A stretch of DNA of 49,671 nucleotides from an uncultured Bacilli bacterium. Lineage in GTDB: Bacteria; Bacillota_I; Bacilli_A; RF39; UBA660. The notes under the pieces are model-generated. The model saw only the letters and a program-made list of their open reading frames with translations, was not told the DNA's origin and ran no database searches. The DNA lies in assembly GCA_944332465.1 (NCBI GenBank), contig CALVJZ010000001.1, positions 1 to 49,671 on the forward strand, written 5' to 3'. A program made the position numbers and the translations under genes. Positions 1 through 9,780 of this stretch are shown here, one piece after another (the stretch's first letter is position 1; every line of letters starts with the position of its first letter).

Positions 1-26
1 TTTCAAAGTCTTTTTTATTTTAGGTA

Positions 27-55
27 TTCACTTTTTAACTATTTTATGTTATACT
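27..55 (+). promoter_or_regulatory. Candidate sigma-A promoter for tRNA-Lys
   Basis: TTCACT (27-32), 17-nt spacer, TATACT (50-55) preceded by TGt (extended -10). It lies about 20 nt upstream of the tRNA 5' end. Confidence 0.4.
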
Positions 56-74
56 CTAAAAGTAACTTATAAAT

Positions 75-150
75 GGACTGTTAGCTCAGTTGGTAGAGCA
101 ACTGACTCTTAATCAGTGGGTCTAGGGTTCGAATCCCTAACAGTCCACCA
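75..150 (+). tRNA. tRNA-Lys(CTT)
   Basis: Cloverleaf folded by hand: acceptor GGACTGT/ACAGTCC, anticodon stem ACTGA/TCAGT with loop CTCTTAA, T-arm TAGGG-TTCGAAT-CCCTA, encoded CCA. Confidence 0.95.
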
Positions 151-160
151 TAATAACAAT

Positions 161-190
161 AAAACCTAACAAATTTTGTTAGGTTTTTTT
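161..190. terminator. Bidirectional intrinsic terminator (tRNA-Lys on +, ORF 192-1079 on -)
   Basis: 9-bp stem AACCTAACA/TGTTAGGTT, flanked by an A-run upstream and a T-run (184-190) downstream. Confidence 0.8.
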
Positions 191-191
191 A

Positions 192-1079
192 TTATTCATC
201 TATTCTTTCAAATATAACAACAGTCTGTTCTATAGACTCATTAGGAAAATGAAAACCATTCATACTTTTATCAATACCTAAAGTATTGGTAAATACTTTA
301 TATAATTTCCATCCATTCTCATAATAATAATTAATAAGTAACTCTAATTTATAAGAAGAAAGTCCACCATTTACCTCATCTACAAAAGACTTAACTAAAA
401 ACTGAGGATTAATCGTTTGATAATCTCTAGGAATTCCCAACTCATCATAAATATCTTTATCTAACTCTTTATTTTTATCATCATAATAAGGTAGGACTTC
501 ACCTCTTTTTTCTAAAGTGAATTTCTTATTACCAATTTTATCTAAAACATTATCTACTCTTTCTACTAATGTTGTATAATCAACTCCCCAATTACTTAAT
601 ATTTTAGTTTCAAGTAAAGATAAATTAGAAAAATCATCTCTTAACTCTCTAAAATGTTTATATAACTTATTAATTTTCTCCTGAGAATAATTTTTATCAA
701 CACTAAATTTTTCTATATCTTCATTAAATTCACGTATATCATACGAAAGTCTTAACACAACTTTTTCTAAATCTTTAATACGTTTTTTTACTTCATCACT
801 TTTTAATACTCTTTTTAGATATTCAACTTCCCTTTCACAAACATCAAAGCTAACATCAAAATCACTACCATGCTCTTTAGAAAATGAACAAAAAATAATA
901 TTTAAATGCTTATTATCTAATATATAATTAACAAAAGCACCATAAACCATATCTTTAATCTCATATAAATAGATAGGATCATAAATTACTTCTTCTTTTT
1001 CTTCTAATGTAAAGCTATATTCATCGATAACTTCGTCATTAATATCAATTACTTTTCTAACAACAATATCACTACTCAT
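192..1079 (-). CDS. Hypothetical protein (acidic, helical-looking, no recognisable motifs)
   Basis: Long uninterrupted ORF (295 aa) with host-like codon usage. An SD-like GGTGGTG lies upstream of the ATG. I recognised no family motif. Confidence 0.6.
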   Translation of the reverse strand: MSSDIVVRKVIDINDEVIDEYSFTLEEKEEVIYDPIYLYEIKDMVYGAFVNYILDNKHLNIIFCSFSKEHGSDFDVSFDVCEREVEYLKRVLKSDEVKKRIKDLEKVVLRLSYDIREFNEDIEKFSVDKNYSQEKINKLYKHFRELRDDFSNLSLLETKILSNWGVDYTTLVERVDNVLDKIGNKKFTLEKRGEVLPYYDDKNKELDKDIYDELGIPRDYQTINPQFLVKSFVDEVNGGLSSYKLELLINYYYENGWKLYKVFTNTLGIDKSMNGFHFPNESIEQTVVIFERIDE

Positions 1080-1112
1080 AATAACACCACCTTACTTGTA
1101 TTATAGCACATT

Positions 1113-1715
1113 TTATTTTTCTAAAAACGCTCTAAAAAGTTTTTCACTATATATATCATTTTCAAAAACTAAAAGTCTTTCTGGATGCCATTGAACACCA
1201 ATCTGAAAAGTTCCATCACTACTTTCAATAGCTTCAATTAAACCATCGTCACTTACACCCACGACATCAAAATTACCTTCATCATATACCGTATAATTAT
1301 GAAATGAATTCACTCTTATTCTATCTGCTTTATAAATTTTTTTGAGTAAACTTCCTTCTTTCAACTTAACAAAATGATGAAAATCATCTTCTTCATAATT
1401 ATGTTCTTCATCACCTATACCAACTAAATCTCTTCCCGTCTTCCATACTGCCATAGATTGCATTCCTTGACATATACCTAATAATCTTAACTTATTACTA
1501 ATAGCATAATCTATCAAAAAGAAATCCTTTGGACCTACAACATCTCCTCCTGGTAATAAAATAGCTTCTACTTCTTTTAGCTTTTCTAATATGTCCTCAT
1601 TACTATCGCTATCTTTAACAGTAATAACTTCTCCTCCAAAACGTTTTAAAGAATCTATATAATAACTATCTCTTTTAGCCCCATTCTCTTCTCTAATTAA
1701 AAATAAAACTTTCAT
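1113..1715 (-). CDS. Class-I glutamine amidotransferase / gamma-glutamyl hydrolase (peptidase C26, PuuD-like)
   Basis: Nucleophile elbow GICQGMQ and the C-terminal QWHPE His/Glu motif typical of type-1 GATase/C26 proteins. Confidence 0.8.
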   Translation of the reverse strand: MKVLFLIREENGAKRDSYYIDSLKRFGGEVITVKDSDSNEDILEKLKEVEAILLPGGDVVGPKDFFLIDYAISNKLRLLGICQGMQSMAVWKTGRDLVGIGDEEHNYEEDDFHHFVKLKEGSLLKKIYKADRIRVNSFHNYTVYDEGNFDVVGVSDDGLIEAIESSDGTFQIGVQWHPERLLVFENDIYSEKLFRAFLEK

Positions 1716-1732
1716 AATTAAAAAAAGGAAAG

Positions 1733-2956
1733 TTATCTAAGCTTTCCCTTTACTCCTTTTAATCCTTTTACTCCACCAAAATTAGCAAATCCTTGTAAAA
1801 TATTAGTTTCAAAAGAATGAGTCTTACTTACACGTTTTTTATAATCTTTTACACCAATACGTATCATTTCATCTAAAACAGAAGAAAAATCAATACCTTT
1901 TGCTTCCCATAAATAGAAAGCTAAACTACCTGGAATAGAGTTAATTTCATTAATATAAACTTTATTCTTATCACTATCAATCAAGAAATCAATTCTACTA
2001 TTTCCAGAAGAACCTAATACTCTAAATGCTTCAACTGCTACTGTTTCAACTTCTTCTCTAACTTTATCACTTAAATCAGCTGGTAACTTTCTATTTGCTG
2101 AAGCCATACCTTTAGATGAACCCTTAACAGGAGTTTTTCCACCTTTTAATTTACCTTTACCATCACCAATATATTTATCAGCATAAGTTAAGAATTTATT
2201 ACCAGAAAGAACTTCTTCAATTTCACTAACTTTTTGATGTTCGTAATTACCCATTACTGCAATATTAACTTCTTTTAAGTTTTCTACTACTTCTTCAACT
2301 AAAATCTTTCTATCATATTGAATAGCATCATCAATAGCTTCAACTAACTCTTCACGATTACTACAAACACTAATACCTACACTTGAACCAGTAGTTGCTG
2401 GTTTAACAATAACTGGATATTTAATCTTTTCAACTTTTTTAATAACTTCTTCACTATCTTGTTTATAATCAACATCATAAAACCAAACATAATCTGTCAT
2501 AGGTAGTTTTGCTTGTTTCCAAATATCTTTCATAAACACTTTATCTTGTCCTACAACAGAAGCATAAACATCACTACCAACAAAAGGTACTCCAATTGTT
2601 TGTAAATAACCTTGTAATCCTCCATCTTCTACATTAGTACCATGTACAACAGGTAAAATAATATCAACATCACTAACTATTGTCTTAGGAAAAGATTTCT
2701 TCTGTAATACAAAAGCACCATTCTTACAATATAAAACTACATTTTTAGCATACTTTTTAATTAAAGATAAATCTTGATAAACTTCAATATCCTTTAACAT
2801 TTCACCTGTATACCATTCTCTATCTTTTGTAATATAGATAGGTATAATATCATATTTTTCTTGATCAAGCTTATTCATTGCTTGCATTGCTGAAATAACA
2901 CTTACTTCATGTTCAACTGTTTCTCCACCAAAAATAACTCCAACTTTAATTCTCAT
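1733..2956 (-). CDS. ddl: D-alanine--D-alanine ligase
   Basis: N-terminus MRIKVGVIFGGETVEHEVS, ATP-grasp blocks (KPATTGSSVGI, EINSIPG), and position next to murF. It carries a G/K-rich insertion (see findings). Confidence 0.9.
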   Translation of the reverse strand: MRIKVGVIFGGETVEHEVSVISAMQAMNKLDQEKYDIIPIYITKDREWYTGEMLKDIEVYQDLSLIKKYAKNVVLYCKNGAFVLQKKSFPKTIVSDVDIILPVVHGTNVEDGGLQGYLQTIGVPFVGSDVYASVVGQDKVFMKDIWKQAKLPMTDYVWFYDVDYKQDSEEVIKKVEKIKYPVIVKPATTGSSVGISVCSNREELVEAIDDAIQYDRKILVEEVVENLKEVNIAVMGNYEHQKVSEIEEVLSGNKFLTYADKYIGDGKGKLKGGKTPVKGSSKGMASANRKLPADLSDKVREEVETVAVEAFRVLGSSGNSRIDFLIDSDKNKVYINEINSIPGSLAFYLWEAKGIDFSSVLDEMIRIGVKDYKKRVSKTHSFETNILQGFANFGGVKGLKGVKGKLR

Positions 2957-2967
2957 ATTAACATCTC

Positions 2968-4581
2968 CTATTCATTATATGTATCTGGTAAATCATTTTC
3001 AAATAATGCATAAACCTCATCTTTACTAGCTAAATTACCTATAAAAGAATATGCATCACGAACATCGTTAATTACCAATATTTTATCCTTTTCAAATCCT
3101 TTTGACAATAACCCTTCACGAATTGGTTTTGTTTTATGTTCTCCAACTAACACTACATAATCCGCAACTTTAGCAATTTGTTCACCAAACTGTTTATTAT
3201 AATAATCTTCTTTTTCCCCTAATTCAATCATTCCAGGTGTAACAACAACTTTAACTCCAGGCATCATACCAAGTACTTTAACAGCATTTTCTGCTCCTAC
3301 TGGATTAGAATTATAAGCATCGTCTATTTGATAAAAATTACCAAGTTTCTTTAACTCTAAACGATGTTCTACAGGTTTAACACCCTTAACAGCTTGTTGT
3401 AACTCTGAAATAGATATATCAAATTCATGTCCAAAAGCAATTCCTGCTAAAATGTTATAAACATTATGATCACCTAATAATCTAGTCTCAAAAGGATATT
3501 TCTTATCATCACCCTTAAACATAACTGAAAAACTTGTACCTTTACTAGAACACTTAATATCAACTGCTCTAACATCAACATCTTTATTTTCAATTCCTAT
3601 CCAAATAACTTTTACTTTATTCTTTAACTTATAATTAACTTGTTTAGAATCATCACCATTTAATACAGCAAAACCATCACTAGGTAATGACTCAATAAGT
3701 TCAAATTTACCATCTATAATATTTTGTTCACTTCCAAATGTTTCTAAATGCGCTGTCCCTATTCTTGTTAAAATACCATATTTAGGATGAACTAATTTAC
3801 AAAGTCCTTTAATTTCTCCCTTAACATATGCACCCATTTCTGCAATAAAAATATCATGAAACTTTGTTAAATGATTATTAACAGTCATAATTAAACCATT
3901 ATAAGTATTTAAATTTCTAGGTGTAGGAAGTGCATTATATTTAACATTTAATATATCACTTAAAATATTCTTACTACTTGTTTTACCATAACTACCGGTA
4001 ATACCAATAATCTTTAAATTAGGCATACTTTTTAATTTAGTTTGTGCCTTATGTTTATAGTAATGATAAACACACCTTTCAACAGGATAATTTATAATAT
4101 TAGCAATATATACTAAAATTGGATTTAATACGACCATTACTGAAAGAACTGTAAACATTAACCACACAAACTGTGGATTATTTCTTTCAACTAATAAAAA
4201 TATAATTGGTAGTAAATATAAAATACTAAGTGTAACAGATAATCTCTTAATTCTAGCTGTAATAACTAAAGGTTTCTTATTCTGATCATCTGCTAAACGA
4301 TTTCTCCATATATATGAAAGTAATATATATAACCCATATAATACCAAAGACAATATAATAGCGAACTTTTCTATGTCATAAACAACAAACACTCCAATAA
4401 GACATAACAAAATTGCTCCTAAATCAAGATCAAAAAAGACTTTAAAATTTTTAAATACCCAACGTAAATAACGATTATTTTCATTATATAAATTTTGTTG
4501 TAACATATGAAAATATCTTCTTGTTTTACAAACAGTACAAATAAAGATACATAAAATTAAAAATAAATATATTAAAATCAT
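2968..4581 (-). CDS. murF: UDP-MurNAc-tripeptide--D-Ala-D-Ala ligase (MurF) with an N-terminal polytopic membrane domain
   Basis: Mur-ligase P-loop GITGSYGKTS, GDHNVYNILAG and DDAYNSNP motifs, plus adjacency to ddl. The first ~175 aa are about five hydrophobic helices. Confidence 0.85.
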   Translation of the reverse strand: MILIYLFLILCIFICTVCKTRRYFHMLQQNLYNENNRYLRWVFKNFKVFFDLDLGAILLCLIGVFVVYDIEKFAIILSLVLYGLYILLSYIWRNRLADDQNKKPLVITARIKRLSVTLSILYLLPIIFLLVERNNPQFVWLMFTVLSVMVVLNPILVYIANIINYPVERCVYHYYKHKAQTKLKSMPNLKIIGITGSYGKTSSKNILSDILNVKYNALPTPRNLNTYNGLIMTVNNHLTKFHDIFIAEMGAYVKGEIKGLCKLVHPKYGILTRIGTAHLETFGSEQNIIDGKFELIESLPSDGFAVLNGDDSKQVNYKLKNKVKVIWIGIENKDVDVRAVDIKCSSKGTSFSVMFKGDDKKYPFETRLLGDHNVYNILAGIAFGHEFDISISELQQAVKGVKPVEHRLELKKLGNFYQIDDAYNSNPVGAENAVKVLGMMPGVKVVVTPGMIELGEKEDYYNKQFGEQIAKVADYVVLVGEHKTKPIREGLLSKGFEKDKILVINDVRDAYSFIGNLASKDEVYALFENDLPDTYNE

Positions 4582-4590
4582 AACTTCCTC

Positions 4591-5310
4591 CTAAATAAAA
4601 TTATTAAGTATAGAAATAACTCTAGGTAAATTTTCTAAATAAGCATAATGACTACCCGGTAAAACAATTAAAGCAGCATCATACATAATAGATTCTAACA
4701 TTTTTGCTGACTCTACAGGTTCTTCTTCATCATTTTCTCCCCAGATTAATAAAGTCGGCTCTTCTATTTGTTTAGCAAAACTAGATAAGTCTTCATTTAC
4801 AACCTCAACAAGAGTCTGTCTCATAACTGGACTTGCCGCTCGATAATCTCTAGAACCAATATATTTCTTCATATATTCTCCTATTTCATTAAGACCAGGC
4901 AAAGTCTTTAACTTTTTTAAAATTCTTGTTGAAAGTGGTAACTTTTTCTGCGTTCTAATACAAGGACTACCAAATAGCACTAATTTTTCTATAGGATGGT
5001 TAGCAGAATATTTAATTGCTACTCTACCTCCAAAAGAATGCCCCATAATAATTGGTTTTTTAATTTTTAATTCTTTAATAAACTTTTCTAATAACAATAC
5101 ATAATCACTAATTGTCCATGGTTTAGGAGGTTCTTCACTCTCACCAAACCCCGGAAAATCTAAAATAGTAATACGAAAACGATCACTAAACGGATCACCC
5201 AGTGGCTTCATCATCGCAATATTTTGTCCCCAACCATGAAGTAAAACAATATCTTTACCACTACCATATTGTATGTAATTTACAGAAATTCCTTGAATTG
5301 TTATTTTCAT
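4591..5310 (-). CDS. Alpha/beta-fold hydrolase
   Basis: HGWG oxyanion motif and GHSFGG nucleophile elbow. I moved the start to the ATG (MKITIQ) because the track's GTG start sits inside the SD AGGTGA. Confidence 0.75.
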   Translation of the reverse strand: MKITIQGISVNYIQYGSGKDIVLLHGWGQNIAMMKPLGDPFSDRFRITILDFPGFGESEEPPKPWTISDYVLLLEKFIKELKIKKPIIMGHSFGGRVAIKYSANHPIEKLVLFGSPCIRTQKKLPLSTRILKKLKTLPGLNEIGEYMKKYIGSRDYRAASPVMRQTLVEVVNEDLSSFAKQIEEPTLLIWGENDEEEPVESAKMLESIMYDAALIVLPGSHYAYLENLPRVISILNNFI

Positions 5311-5407
5311 ATCAATCACCTACTAAATAAATTATATCATAAAAGAAACTCTATTCCAAAGAAGTAGACTTATTTTACAACTAAAAAACGTAAAAAAAAG
5401 AAAGATT

Positions 5408-5761
5408 TTACTCTTTCTCTTCATCTTCATGAATTTGATCAATAATTTTTTCTATATGTTCACCATACTCAATAGAAGTATCATAAATAAATTTTAATTC
5501 TGGTGTATGTCTAATATCAATACGTTCAGCTAACTTTGTACGAATAAAAGAACTAGCACCATCTAAAGCTTCTAAAACTTCATCTTTTTTATCTTCTTCT
5601 AATACCGTAAAATAAACTTTACAAAAACTATAATCACTAGTAGTCTCACAACCAGTAATTGTAACAAACTTTAATTCTTCATCTCTAACTTCACTCATTA
5701 GTATAGAACTAATTTCTTGTTGTATTAAATGATTTAATCTTTCAACTTTTACACTTGCCAT
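5408..5761 (-). CDS. rbfA: Ribosome-binding factor A
   Basis: Size (117 aa), an N-terminal R..RLN..IQQEIS-type motif, and position directly downstream of infB. Confidence 0.85.
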   Translation of the reverse strand: MASVKVERLNHLIQQEISSILMSEVRDEELKFVTITGCETTSDYSFCKVYFTVLEEDKKDEVLEALDGASSFIRTKLAERIDIRHTPELKFIYDTSIEYGEHIEKIIDQIHEDEEKE

Positions 5762-5782
5762 AATAGTACCTCCTATTTGGTA

Positions 5783-7921
5783 TTATCTTTTAACTTCAAC
5801 TAAGTCGTAGATTTCAATGATATCTCCTTCTTTATAATCTTGACAATTCTCTAAAGTAATACCACAATCCATTCCCTTAGTAACTTCTTTTACTTGATCT
5901 TTTTCATGTTGTAATGTATTAACAGCACCATTATAAATAACAACATCATCACGTACAATACGTGCTTTTTCATTATTTCTAACAACACCTGTCATTACAT
6001 GACAACCAGCAATAAGTCCAACTTTAGAGAACTTAAATATTTGACGAACTTCAAGTTTACCTGTAACTTTTTCTTCATACTCAGGATCAAGCATACCTTT
6101 CATAGCATCTTCCATATCTTCAACTACTTTATAGATAATATCATAAGTACGAATTTCAACACCATATTCTTTAGCATCATCTTCTGCTTGAGAATTAGCT
6201 CTAACATTAAATCCAATTATAATAGCATCACTTGCTCTTGCTAAAACAACGTCACTTTCTTTAATACCACCAACAGCACCACGAATAACGTTAATCTTAA
6301 CACCTTCAACATCTATTTTCTCTAAAGAAGATTTAACAGCTTCTAAACTACCATTAACATCTGCTTTTAAAACAACATTAATTTCTTTAATACCCTCTTT
6401 AATTCTACCAAATAAATCATCTAAAGATAGACCACTTAAATTAGTATCTTTTTCTCTAGCTCTTAAACTTCTTTCATCAGCTATTTGTTTTGCTTGTTTT
6501 TCAGACTCAAAAGCCATAAATTTATCTCCAGCATTAGGAACATCACTAAGTCCTGTAACTTCAACTGGTGTAGATGGTAACGCTTCAACAATATTTTGTC
6601 CTAAATCATTTTTTAAAGTACGTACTTTACCATAAATAGTTCCAACAACCACAGGATCACCTAAACGTAATGTACCATTTTGAATAAGAAGTGTCGCAAC
6701 ACTACCAACTTTACTATTTTTCTTAGATTCAATTACGACTCCACTTGCATATCTAGCTGGATTAGCTTTATATTCTTGCATTTCAGCAATTAATAAGATA
6801 TTTTCAAGTAATTCAGGAACACCTTCACCAGTAGCTGCAGAAATTTTATTAACGATAACATCTCCACCCCATTCTTCAGGAGTAAGACCATTTTCTACAA
6901 GACCACTCATAACACGATCTACATTTGCTTCTGGTTTATCAATTTTATTAATTGCTACGATAATAGGAACACCAGCTGCTTTAGCATGATCAATTGCTTC
7001 CTTAGTTTGAGGCATAACTCCATCATCAGCTGCCACAATTATAATAACAATATCTGTAATAGACGCTCCACGTGCTCTCATTTCTGTAAAAGCAGCATGT
7101 CCTGGTGTATCAATAAAAGTAATCTTTTTACCATTACATTTAACAGAATAAGCACCTATTGCTTGTGTAATCCCACCTGCTTCACCTAATGCAACATTAC
7201 TCTTACGAATATAATCAAGCAATGTAGTTTTACCATGGTCAACATGTCCCATAATAGTAACAACAGGAGGTCTTTCTACTAAATCTTCTTCTCTATCCTC
7301 TATCTCAAAACTTTCAAAATTAGAAATATCAGCAGTTTCTTCTTTCTTAAGTGTCTTATTATAATCAAGAACAACTACTTCAGCAGTCTCAAAATCAACA
7401 GATTGATTTAGATTAGCCATAACACCTAATCCCATCAACTTTTTAACAATATCTGTTGCTTTAACACCTAATGCTTCAGCTAATTCTGAAACACTCATTC
7501 CCTCTTTATATAAAACTACATTCTCATCATTAACTGCTTCATTCTTTTGTAACTTTTCACGATGTTTATATATCTTTTTTCTTTCTTTTAAGAAATCTGA
7601 TTTTTTAGTATCATTTTTCTTTTGAGACTTAGGTTTAACTTTTTCAAAAGATGTAGAATTATCTAAATCAAATTTTGTATTCATTGCAAGCTCTTCAGCC
7701 TTATCCATAACTTCTTCTTCATAAAGTTTTGACTCAAGATCTTCAATATCACCCTCTACATAATCCTCTTGATCTTGTAATTCATTATCAAGTAAAATTA
7801 TATCTGTTTCATCTAAAGGTGTTGTCTCATCTTCATATTTGATTCCGATTTTATCACATAAAGCTTTAATTTCATCTACGCTTTTACCAACATCTAATGC
7901 ATAATCTTCGATATTCATCAT
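5783..7921 (-). CDS. infB: Translation initiation factor IF-2
   Basis: GTPase motifs [18 protein letters not shown]; C-terminal IF-2 domains; nusA-infB operon context. Confidence 0.95.
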   Translation of the reverse strand: MMNIEDYALDVGKSVDEIKALCDKIGIKYEDETTPLDETDIILLDNELQDQEDYVEGDIEDLESKLYEEEVMDKAEELAMNTKFDLDNSTSFEKVKPKSQKKNDTKKSDFLKERKKIYKHREKLQKNEAVNDENVVLYKEGMSVSELAEALGVKATDIVKKLMGLGVMANLNQSVDFETAEVVVLDYNKTLKKEETADISNFESFEIEDREEDLVERPPVVTIMGHVDHGKTTLLDYIRKSNVALGEAGGITQAIGAYSVKCNGKKITFIDTPGHAAFTEMRARGASITDIVIIIVAADDGVMPQTKEAIDHAKAAGVPIIVAINKIDKPEANVDRVMSGLVENGLTPEEWGGDVIVNKISAATGEGVPELLENILLIAEMQEYKANPARYASGVVIESKKNSKVGSVATLLIQNGTLRLGDPVVVGTIYGKVRTLKNDLGQNIVEALPSTPVEVTGLSDVPNAGDKFMAFESEKQAKQIADERSLRAREKDTNLSGLSLDDLFGRIKEGIKEINVVLKADVNGSLEAVKSSLEKIDVEGVKINVIRGAVGGIKESDVVLARASDAIIIGFNVRANSQAEDDAKEYGVEIRTYDIIYKVVEDMEDAMKGMLDPEYEEKVTGKLEVRQIFKFSKVGLIAGCHVMTGVVRNNEKARIVRDDVVIYNGAVNTLQHEKDQVKEVTKGMDCGITLENCQDYKEGDIIEIYDLVEVKR

Positions 7922-7938
7922 ACCTCTTCACCTCCATA

Positions 7939-8202
7939 TTATTTTTCTAACTTTTCTTTTATATCTTCATATACACTCTCTTCTATACTACATTCTAAAT
8001 GACGTTCAAGAATTTTTTTCTTCTTTGCTTGTTCTAAAACTTGAACATCTCTTTTAATATATGCACCTCTACCATTCATTTTACCAGTTTCATCAACTAA
8101 AACTTCTCCTTCAGGAGTACGAACAATACGAAGTAATTCTGCTTTAGGTAATTTTTCTCTTGTTACAACACAAGTTCTTAAAGGTATCTTTTTTACTTTC
8201 AT
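7939..8202 (-). CDS. ylxR: YlxR/RnpM family RNA-binding protein (DUF448)
   Basis: PLRTCVVTREKLPKAELLRIV and GRGAYI motifs; located between nusA and infB. Confidence 0.85.
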   Translation of the reverse strand: MKVKKIPLRTCVVTREKLPKAELLRIVRTPEGEVLVDETGKMNGRGAYIKRDVQVLEQAKKKKILERHLECSIEESVYEDIKEKLEK

Positions 8203-8216
8203 AAAAACCTCCTAAA

Positions 8217-9383
8217 TTATCTAAAATTAATTCCCGCTTCTCTTGCTTGTTCAGTAGTTTTAATATCTATTTTATAATGTGTAAGTTTACTTGCTAAACG
8301 AGCATTTTGTCCTTTTTTACCAATAGCTAAAGAGAAATTATCTCCATCGGCAATAACCATAGCTTCTTGTTTCTTAGGATCTGTTATACATACTGTTAAA
8401 TCTTTAGCAGGACTTAATGCATTTTCAATAAAAATAGCTGGATCTTTATCATACTTAACAACATCTAATTTTTCTCCATGTAACTCTTCAATTATACGAG
8501 CAATTCTACTACCTTTTTCTCCAATACAAGCTCCAATTGGATCAATATTAGAATACTCTGAATAAACAGCTACTTTACTTCTATTTCCTGCATCTCTTGC
8601 CACACTATATAACATAATAGTACCATCAGCTAACTCAGGAATTTCAAGTTCAAATAATCTCTTAACAAAACCATAATGTGTTCTACTTAATAAAATTAAT
8701 AGATTCTTTCCACTATTATCAACTTTTGTTACATAAACTTTAATTTGTGAACCCATTTCAATCTTTTCACCAGGAATAATATCTTTCTTTGGTAAAATAC
8801 CATTAGTACGTCCTAAATCAATAAAATAATTATCTGTATCTTCTAAAGCAACAGTACCAATTAACAATTCATCTTGTTTATCACCAAATTCATCCATAAT
8901 ACTATTTCTTTCAGCTTCACGAATCTTTTGAATAACTACTTGTTTAGCCGTAGATGCTGCTACTCTACCAAAATCTTTAGGTGTTACTTCTTTATCAATT
9001 GTATCTCCAATCTCTAAAGTCTTATCTAATTTTTTAGCATCACTTAATTTAATTTCAACATCAGGATTAAAGTAACTATATTCCTCAGTTTCTTCTTCAC
9101 CCTCATCTTCTGTTTCTTCATCTTCATCAGTATAATGCTCAAAAAGATAATCTTCATATTCTTCTTTAGTCATCTTATCATCAGGTACAACAGTTAAATA
9201 AGAATATACTTTAATTTCTCCTGTTTTACGATCAAATAATACTTTTACATTAGTCTTAGAATTAAAATTCTTTTTATAAGCAGATGTAAGTGCTAACTCC
9301 ATAGCATCATATACAATATCTGGATCAATATTTTTTTCCTTAACAATATTATCTAATGCTTTTAAAAACTCTTTTCCATTCAT
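8217..9383 (-). CDS. nusA: Transcription termination/antitermination factor NusA
   Basis: N-terminal domain, S1 and KH1/KH2 (GACIGEKGSRI, AIGKKGQNARLA). I moved the start to MNGKEF (ATG at 9383), 1 nt after the rimP stop. Confidence 0.95.
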   Translation of the reverse strand: MNGKEFLKALDNIVKEKNIDPDIVYDAMELALTSAYKKNFNSKTNVKVLFDRKTGEIKVYSYLTVVPDDKMTKEEYEDYLFEHYTDEDEETEDEGEEETEEYSYFNPDVEIKLSDAKKLDKTLEIGDTIDKEVTPKDFGRVAASTAKQVVIQKIREAERNSIMDEFGDKQDELLIGTVALEDTDNYFIDLGRTNGILPKKDIIPGEKIEMGSQIKVYVTKVDNSGKNLLILLSRTHYGFVKRLFELEIPELADGTIMLYSVARDAGNRSKVAVYSEYSNIDPIGACIGEKGSRIARIIEELHGEKLDVVKYDKDPAIFIENALSPAKDLTVCITDPKKQEAMVIADGDNFSLAIGKKGQNARLASKLTHYKIDIKTTEQAREAGINFR

Positions 9384-9384
9384 A

Positions 9385-9636
9385 TTACGCCTCTCCCTTC
9401 TCTTTGGAATAAATATCCACCTCATAAATATTATCTTCTAAAACATGATTCTTATCGATTAATTTATTGATAATTCTAGAAGCTTCCGTAATTAATTTTA
9501 AATCGATTGTATTATCACTATCTAAAACAATATTTAAAATATCCTTTCCTTCTTCAGTAGATACAAAAATATCATCAACAAATACTCCTAATTTTTTAAT
9601 ATCTTCTTCTACTAAAGTAATAATTTTTTCTTTCAT
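9385..9636 (-). CDS. rimP: Ribosome maturation factor RimP, N-terminal domain only (83 aa)
   Basis: First gene of the nusA operon. The sequence resembles the RimP N-domain and stops where the conserved (L)EVSSPG segment would begin (YEVDIYSKEKGEA*). Confidence 0.65.
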   Translation of the reverse strand: MKEKIITLVEEDIKKLGVFVDDIFVSTEEGKDILNIVLDSDNTIDLKLITEASRIINKLIDKNHVLEDNIYEVDIYSKEKGEA

Positions 9637-9658
9637 ACTTCACCTCCTAGAAATAATA

Positions 9659-9685
9659 AGAGTGGGAAAATTTTATCTTCCCACT
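9659..9685 (-). promoter_or_regulatory. Leader hairpin of the rimP-nusA-infB operon (possible attenuator)
   Basis: 8-bp stem AGTGGGAA/TTCCCACT. On the transcribed strand it is followed by the U-rich CUUAUUAUUUCU, just before the rimP SD (AGGAGGTG). Confidence 0.4.
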
Positions 9686-9698
9686 CCTTTCTGTACAT

Positions 9699-9726
9699 AG
9701 TATAGCATACTTTTCCCAAAATACAA
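9699..9726 (-). promoter_or_regulatory. Candidate sigma-A promoter of the rimP-nusA operon
   Basis: On the minus strand: TTGTAT, 16-nt spacer, TGcTATACT (extended -10). Confidence 0.45.
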
Positions 9727-9780
9727 ACAAATATCTTTAATTTTAGCATTTTTTATGCTATTCTGTAATAAGGTGATATT

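Noticed and set aside
75-1715. tRNA-Lys as an integration hotspot, with 192-1715 as an island.
   Set aside because: There is no integrase and no visible duplicated tRNA 3' segment. A shared bidirectional terminator follows the tRNA. The next genes (GATase, ddl, murF) are housekeeping with uniform composition.
5999-7189. Antisense ORFs inside infB (5999-6244, 6986-7189). Similar antisense or nested ORFs occur at 9467-9700, 9867-10202, 16662-16871, 17764-17946, 25383-25625, 26866-27066, 28881-29105, 31218-31436, 32865-33113, 45587-45778 and 48226-48477.
   Set aside because: Each is fully embedded in or opposite a well-supported conserved gene. Their translations are low-complexity (I/F/N/S/C-rich), typical of the reverse frame of AT-rich coding sequence. 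They have no SD and no recognisable motifs.
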